Below, piece by piece: positions 6,001-10,274 of a DNA stretch of 10,274 nucleotides. Every line of letters begins with the position of its first letter. Position 1 is the first letter of the stretch. The notes under the pieces were generated by a model that was given only the letters and a program-made list of their open reading frames with translations, did no database searches and was not told the origin of the DNA. The position numbers and the translations under genes were made by a program. The DNA is from Candidatus Fraserbacteria bacterium (GTDB lineage Bacteria; Bipolaricaulota; Bipolaricaulia; RBG-16-55-9; JANLFV01). Location: contig JBBIJD010000058.1 of NCBI GenBank assembly GCA_037446135.1, positions 1 to 10,274 of the forward strand. The letters run 5' to 3'.

Positions 6001-7575
6001 ATGCCTAGGACTGCCATATTACTGTTATCCATGCTCTTAATCCTGAGCCTGCTAGCGGCCGGCCATGCGCTCGGGGCCGCCCGGAGGGCCGGGCTGGCCG
6101 AGCCGCTGGTCCACGAGCGTGAGGGCTACTATGACATTGAAATCCGGACCGGGCTGGCCGATTACCTCTTCTCTACAGAGGCCGGTGAGCTGAAGAGCGC
6201 CTTCCTCTATTTCGCCCCCTACGGCCAGCGGAAAGATGAGATGATCGCCGATGCTACGACCGACCCGAAGAGCCTTTCCCGGAGCTTCGCCCCCGAGGGG
6301 ATCTTCCCCTTCACACTGAGGCTGGCCGGCCTAAACCTGGAGGGGCCATGGGAGTATCGTCTCCTCAAGAGGGAAGAGGAGATGGTCCAGCTCGAGTTCG
6401 CTAAGGCCGCCGGGGCCCTCACGGTGAAGAAGATCTACACCATCCACGATGACCCCTCTTACACCGTCGACTGTGAGCTGATCTTGAGCAATTCCGGCGG
6501 GACGGAGCTCTCCATCGCGTGGCTCAAGCTCCTCTTGGGGACCGATCAATTCCAGGTCCTGCTGGGGAAGTTCGTGACCGGAGAGGTCCGCTACCTCTTC
6601 GATGGGGAGCGGACGGAGACCGTGCCCGCAAGCTACGGGCGGTTCGACGGCCTGGGAGTAGTGGCTAAGTCAGCGGTCCTCTTCCTGAAGTTGGGGAGCC
6701 AGGAGGCGGGCTTCGCTCCGAGCCTCGAGCTGGACGGGCGTGGGCGGAAGGTCCTGGGGATCAGGGCTGAGGGGCTCGAGCTCTCCCCCGGAGAGGAACG
6801 GCACTACCGTTTCATCCTCTACGCCGGGCGGCCGAAGTGGGCCCTGCTCCGGCTCTCGGGGCTGGAGAGGCTCGTCGATGTCGGACCATTCAGTTGGGCC
6901 CTGATCGGGATCGTGGGCTTCCTCGACTGGCTCTACGCCGCCACAGGGAACTATGGCTGGGCGATCATCCTCTTCACCATCGTCGTCCGGATCATCCTCT
7001 TCCCCTTGATGCGGAAGCAATACTACTCGATGGCCAAGATGCAGCGGCTCGGGCCGCGCCTCCAGCAGCTTCAGCAGCGCTACAAGGACGAGAGGGAACT
7101 CCTCCAGAAGAAGATGATGGAGCTCTATCGGAAGGAGGGGATCAACCCCCTCTCCGGCTGCCTCCCCCTACTGATCCAGTTCCCCATCCTCTATGTCCTC
7201 TGGCAGGCGATCCTCTACTCCGCCGAGCGGGTCCACCTCTCCCCGGGTTTCCTCTGGATGGCTGACCTCTCCGTCGCGGACCCATACTACATCATCGTCG
7301 TCCTGAATGTCCTGGCCATGATCCTCCAGAGCTGGCTCTTCACCCCCACCACGGGGGGGCAGAGGCCGAACTGGCTCCTCATCCTGGGGATGCCGATCTT
7401 CATGGGCTTCCTCTTGAAGAGCTTCCCCGCGGGGATGTGGCTCTACTGGCTCTTCACCACCATCCTCCAGATCGGCCAGCAGTGGCTGATCAACCGGGAG
7501 CTCGGGCGGCTCGGGCCGGTGGCACTCGAGCCCGAGGTGGGGCCGGGGGAGGGGAGCGATGAGGCCCGAAATTGA
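6001..7575 (+). CDS. yidC: Membrane protein insertase YidC (long form with large extracytoplasmic domain)
   Basis: Core motifs GNYGWAIILFTIVVRIILFPL (conserved Arg), KMMELYRKEGINPLSGCLPLLIQFPIL, FLWMADLSVADPYY and FPAGMWLYW. An N-terminal hydrophobic segment precedes a soluble domain of roughly 270 aa. Synteny with jag and mnmE. Confidence 0.96.
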   Translation: MPRTAILLLSMLLILSLLAAGHALGAARRAGLAEPLVHEREGYYDIEIRTGLADYLFSTEAGELKSAFLYFAPYGQRKDEMIADATTDPKSLSRSFAPEGIFPFTLRLAGLNLEGPWEYRLLKREEEMVQLEFAKAAGALTVKKIYTIHDDPSYTVDCELILSNSGGTELSIAWLKLLLGTDQFQVLLGKFVTGEVRYLFDGERTETVPASYGRFDGLGVVAKSAVLFLKLGSQEAGFAPSLELDGRGRKVLGIRAEGLELSPGEERHYRFILYAGRPKWALLRLSGLERLVDVGPFSWALIGIVGFLDWLYAATGNYGWAIILFTIVVRIILFPLMRKQYYSMAKMQRLGPRLQQLQQRYKDERELLQKKMMELYRKEGINPLSGCLPLLIQFPILYVLWQAILYSAERVHLSPGFLWMADLSVADPYYIIVVLNVLAMILQSWLFTPTTGGQRPNWLLILGMPIFMGFLLKSFPAGMWLYWLFTTILQIGQQWLINRELGRLGPVALEPEVGPGEGSDEARN

Positions 7576-8023
7576 GGCGGCGATCCGCGAATATCTTTCA
7601 GGGCTATTGAAGATCCTGGGCGAGCCGGTCGAACTGGAGCTCCAAGAGGAGGACGGCGAGCTGGTGGTCAACCTCCAGGGGCTCACGATCTTCTCCGGCC
7701 AGGACCGGGCGGTGATCCGGGCCCTTGGCTACCTCCTCGAGCTCGCGCTCAGGCGGTGCCTGAAAGAGGGGGGGCGCGCCAACCTGCGAGTCCACCTCGA
7801 CATCGATCACTACCGCTCTCGGCGGCGAGAGGAGCTCCGGCAGACGGCCCTGAAGCTCGCCGAGGAGGCGAAACGGGACCACAAGCGGATCCGGCTCAAT
7901 CCGATGGAGCCCTGGGAGAGGAAGGCGATCCACGAGGCCCTGGCCGACTTCGCCGGGGTCCGGACCTACTCCGAGGGGAAGGGCGCAGAGCGGAGGGTGA
8001 TCATCGAGCCGACCTCCCAATGA
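7559..8023 (+). CDS. jag: Jag/KhpB/EloR-family RNA-binding protein (KH-like + R3H; no Jag_N domain)
   Basis: The C-terminal LDIDHYRSRRREEL...LNPMEPWERKAIHEAL...VRTYSEGKGAERRVII segment is the R3H domain of Jag. It occupies the canonical position between yidC and mnmE, has SD GGAGGGGAG and overlaps yidC by 17 bp. Confidence 0.9.
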   Translation: MRPEIEAAIREYLSGLLKILGEPVELELQEEDGELVVNLQGLTIFSGQDRAVIRALGYLLELALRRCLKEGGRANLRVHLDIDHYRSRRREELRQTALKLAEEAKRDHKRIRLNPMEPWERKAIHEALADFAGVRTYSEGKGAERRVIIEPTSQ

Positions 8024-9489
8024 AGGCCGGGCTCCCGAAGGGAGGGGATGGACCGCTGGGAGTGAGAGAGACCTTGCAGGGGCGGATTGTGAGGGGCGAT
8101 CCTCTCGCTGACACGATCGCGGCGATCTCGACCCCCCTTGGAGAGGGTGGGATCGGGATCGTCCGCCTCTCCGGCCCGCAGGCGATCGAGATCGTCGAGC
8201 GGATCTTCCGCTCGCCGAAGGGGCTCGCCCTGAGGGATGTCCCGACGCACACCATCCATTACGGCCTCATCGAGGACGAGGGGAGAAAGGTCGATGAGGT
8301 CCTCGTGACGGTGATGCGGGCCCCGAGGACCTACACCCGCGAGGATGTGGTGGAGATCAATTGTCACGGGGGGATCGTCCCCTTGAGAAGGGTCCTAGAA
8401 TTGGTCCTGGCTTGTGGGGCCCGTCCCGCCGAGCCGGGGGAGTTCACCAAACGGGCTTTCCTCAACGGTCGGATCACGATCGACCAGGCCGAGGCGGTCC
8501 TGGACATCGTCCGGGCCAAGACCGAGCTCGGCCTGGAATTGGCGCTGGACCGGCTCGAGGGGCGCTTCTCCCGTCCGATCAGGGCGCTCCGTGAGAAGCT
8601 CCTGGAGCTACTGGCCGGGATCGAGGTCGGGCTCGACTTCCCCGAGTATGAGGAGGAGGCCCTCCCCCGAGCGCGCCTCCTTTTGGAGATCGAAGCGGTC
8701 CTCTCCCAGATCGAGTCCTTCTTAGAGCATGGCCAGGATGGGCGGATCATCCGCGAGGGCCTAGCGGTGGCGATCATCGGCCGGCCGAATGTGGGCAAGT
8801 CGACGCTTTTGAACGCCCTCCTCCAGGAGGAGCGGGCGATCGTCACCCCCTTCCCGGGGACGACCCGGGACCGGATCGAAGAGTGGATTGAACTGAAGGG
8901 GGTCCCTTTCAAACTGATCGACACCGCTGGGGTCCGCCCGGTCGAGGATGAGGTGGAGCGGATCGGGGTGGAGCTGGCGCTCAAGGCCGCGGAGGGAGCG
9001 GACTTGGTCCTCTTCATGCTCGATGGGAGCGAGCCGCTCACTTTAGAGGACCGGGAGATCGCCCTTCGGATCCGGGGGAAGCGGTCCCTCCTCCTGCTGA
9101 ATAAGCTCGACCTGGGGAGGGGCTTCCCCGCGGCGGAGGCCGTCCAGGCCCTGGGACTCGAGCCCGAGCCTGAAGCGGTCCTCGAGATCTCGGCCAAGTT
9201 CGGGAACGGCCTGGAAGAGCTGAAGGAGCGCCTGGTCGAGCTGGTCTGGGCCGGGCGGCTGGAGCGGCCCGAGGGGCTCTTCCTTCTCAACATCCGTGAA
9301 AGGGATCTGTTGCAGCGGGCGAGGGCGGCCCTCTTAAGCCTCCGGGCCGAGGCGGCCGCTGGTGTGACCCTGGACCTCCTAGCGATCGGGCTGGAAGAGG
9401 TCTTGGCGATCTTAGGCGAGCTGACGGGTGAAAACCTCACGGAAGAGGTCATCGACCGGATCTTCGCGGACTTCTGCGTGGGGAAGTAA
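8020..9489 (+). CDS. mnmE: tRNA modification GTPase MnmE (TrmE); start uncertain (ATG 8020, GTG 8062 or GTG 8089)
   Basis: DTIAAISTP...[40 protein letters not shown]1 GRPNVGKS, G2 PGTTRD, G3 DTAG, G4 NKLD, G5 SAK; C-terminal FCVGK. ATG 8020 overlaps the jag stop (ATGA). Confidence 0.97.
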   Translation: MKAGLPKGGDGPLGVRETLQGRIVRGDPLADTIAAISTPLGEGGIGIVRLSGPQAIEIVERIFRSPKGLALRDVPTHTIHYGLIEDEGRKVDEVLVTVMRAPRTYTREDVVEINCHGGIVPLRRVLELVLACGARPAEPGEFTKRAFLNGRITIDQAEAVLDIVRAKTELGLELALDRLEGRFSRPIRALREKLLELLAGIEVGLDFPEYEEEALPRARLLLEIEAVLSQIESFLEHGQDGRIIREGLAVAIIGRPNVGKSTLLNALLQEERAIVTPFPGTTRDRIEEWIELKGVPFKLIDTAGVRPVEDEVERIGVELALKAAEGADLVLFMLDGSEPLTLEDREIALRIRGKRSLLLLNKLDLGRGFPAAEAVQALGLEPEPEAVLEISAKFGNGLEELKERLVELVWAGRLERPEGLFLLNIRERDLLQRARAALLSLRAEAAAGVTLDLLAIGLEEVLAILGELTGENLTEEVIDRIFADFCVGK

Positions 9490-9568
9490 GGAGCCAGGGA
9501 CAAAGGTCAACTCTCCCCCTAACCTCCTTCTTTTGGCCCGGCTCGTCTCCCGGCTTTAATTGAAGCCG

Positions 9569-10274
9569 ATGGCACTAGTGCTGGTCCTAGGGCTCTCGCT
9601 CATCTTGGGGCTGGCCTCCGCCTCCCGCAAGGGGGGCGTGCTTCCTTGGAGCCTGCTGGCCCTGCCACTCTTGCTGATCCTTGTCGGCCCAGACCAGCGG
9701 CTCCTCGGCCTGGGCGCGGGCCTGGCGCTGCTCCTCCTCAGCGATGCCCTTCAGAAGAGGTGGGGGAGGCCCTGGCTCCGATTCCCCGGGATCTTGCTCG
9801 CCGGGTTGATCGCCTACTTCTCCGGGTTCAGGATCGCGTTCATCACCGGCCCTTCGGGAAGATTCATCTACCTTACGGGGCTCAGTCTCCCGGTCACACT
9901 GGCCTGGATCGCCGCGGTCTCCCACTCCCTAGGGTTAATCAGCTCCTGGCGGGAAGGGCGGACGGGGCTGAAGATCGCCCTCCTCACGGCTTCGGTCTTT
10001 CTGATCGTCGGTCTCTTCCAAGGGCAGTCACTTATCTTTGCCCTAGCGCTGGTGATCAGCCTTCTCGGCCTCCTGTTCGGCTGGTTCCTCCGCGCAAGGG
10101 GGCTGGGCGCACCCGAAGGGATTGGCTTCGTCTTGGCCCTCGTCTCGATCGCCGGGGTCCTCAAGTCGACCGCCTCGCTGGCACTCCTCGGCCCGCTGCT
10201 CACCCTCGGCCTCCCCTTAATGACCACGACCCTCCCGATCGCCTACGGCGCGGCCCAGCGGGCCTTCCTCCTCC
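9569..10274 (+). CDS. 5' part of a polytopic membrane protein resembling WecA/TagO (MraY-like, glycosyltransferase family 4) with degenerate catalytic motifs; runs off the window
   Basis: Manual translation shows the frame open from ATG 9569 to the window end (235 codons; in-frame TAA upstream at 9557-9559): MALVLVLGLSLILG...GFRIAFITGPSGRFIYLTGLSLPVTLAWIAAVSHSLGLI...GIGFVLALVSIAGVLKSTASLALLGPLLTLGLPLMTT. It is absent from the ORF track, presumably because it has no stop in the window. Confidence 0.75.
   Translation, partial: MALVLVLGLSLILGLASASRKGGVLPWSLLALPLLLILVGPDQRLLGLGAGLALLLLSDALQKRWGRPWLRFPGILLAGLIAYFSGFRIAFITGPSGRFIYLTGLSLPVTLAWIAAVSHSLGLISSWREGRTGLKIALLTASVFLIVGLFQGQSLIFALALVISLLGLLFGWFLRARGLGAPEGIGFVLALVSIAGVLKSTASLALLGPLLTLGLPLMTTTLPIAYGAAQRAFLL

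Noticed and set aside
7756..8019. 577-aa version of MnmE, or a possible jag-mnmE frameshift fusion
   Set aside because: The extension is an alternative frame of jag with the Arg/Gly/Pro-rich composition typical of GC-rich shadow frames. The ATGA overlap at 8020-8023 explains the junction.
8364..9503. 379-aa antisense ORF, and similar shadow ORFs such as 4586-5272, 4097-4543, 138-599 and 7168-7686
   Set aside because: These are antisense or off-frame shadows of well-supported genes, expected in high-GC DNA, and carry no recognisable motifs.
9587..10227. Minus-strand ORFs 9587-9925 and 9868-10227
   Set aside because: They are antisense to the plus-strand membrane-protein frame starting at 9569, which has coherent TM segments and family resemblance.

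Overview
GC-rich bacterial housekeeping region with no mobile elements, CRISPR arrays, tRNA or rRNA visible. The gene mix is compatible with a thermophilic or anaerobic deep-branching lineage such as Bipolaricaulota, but this is a guess. Left to right: the 3' end of a small membrane protein (+); a lysine 6-dehydrogenase/saccharopine dehydrogenase-family gene (-) divergent from a stand-alone Lrp/AsnC ligand-binding (RAM) domain gene (+); and a ~145-nt self-complementary intergenic element (candidate 6S-like ncRNA). Next is a tightly packed minus-strand operon, ribE-ribBA-ribH-[degenerate AP-endonuclease-2/xylose-isomerase-like TIM barrel]-[UPF0282-type metallo-beta-lactamase-fold hydrolase], with no ribD and an apparently leaderless promoter. 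It is followed by a divergent yidC-jag(khpB)-mnmE operon and the 5' part of a polytopic membrane gene (absent from the ORF track) resembling WecA/TagO but lacking its catalytic motifs. The most interesting points are the two uncharacterised genes appended to the riboflavin operon, the structured intergenic RNA candidate, several apparent pseudo-enzymes and leaderless transcription. All family assignments come from motif recognition by eye, not database searches.
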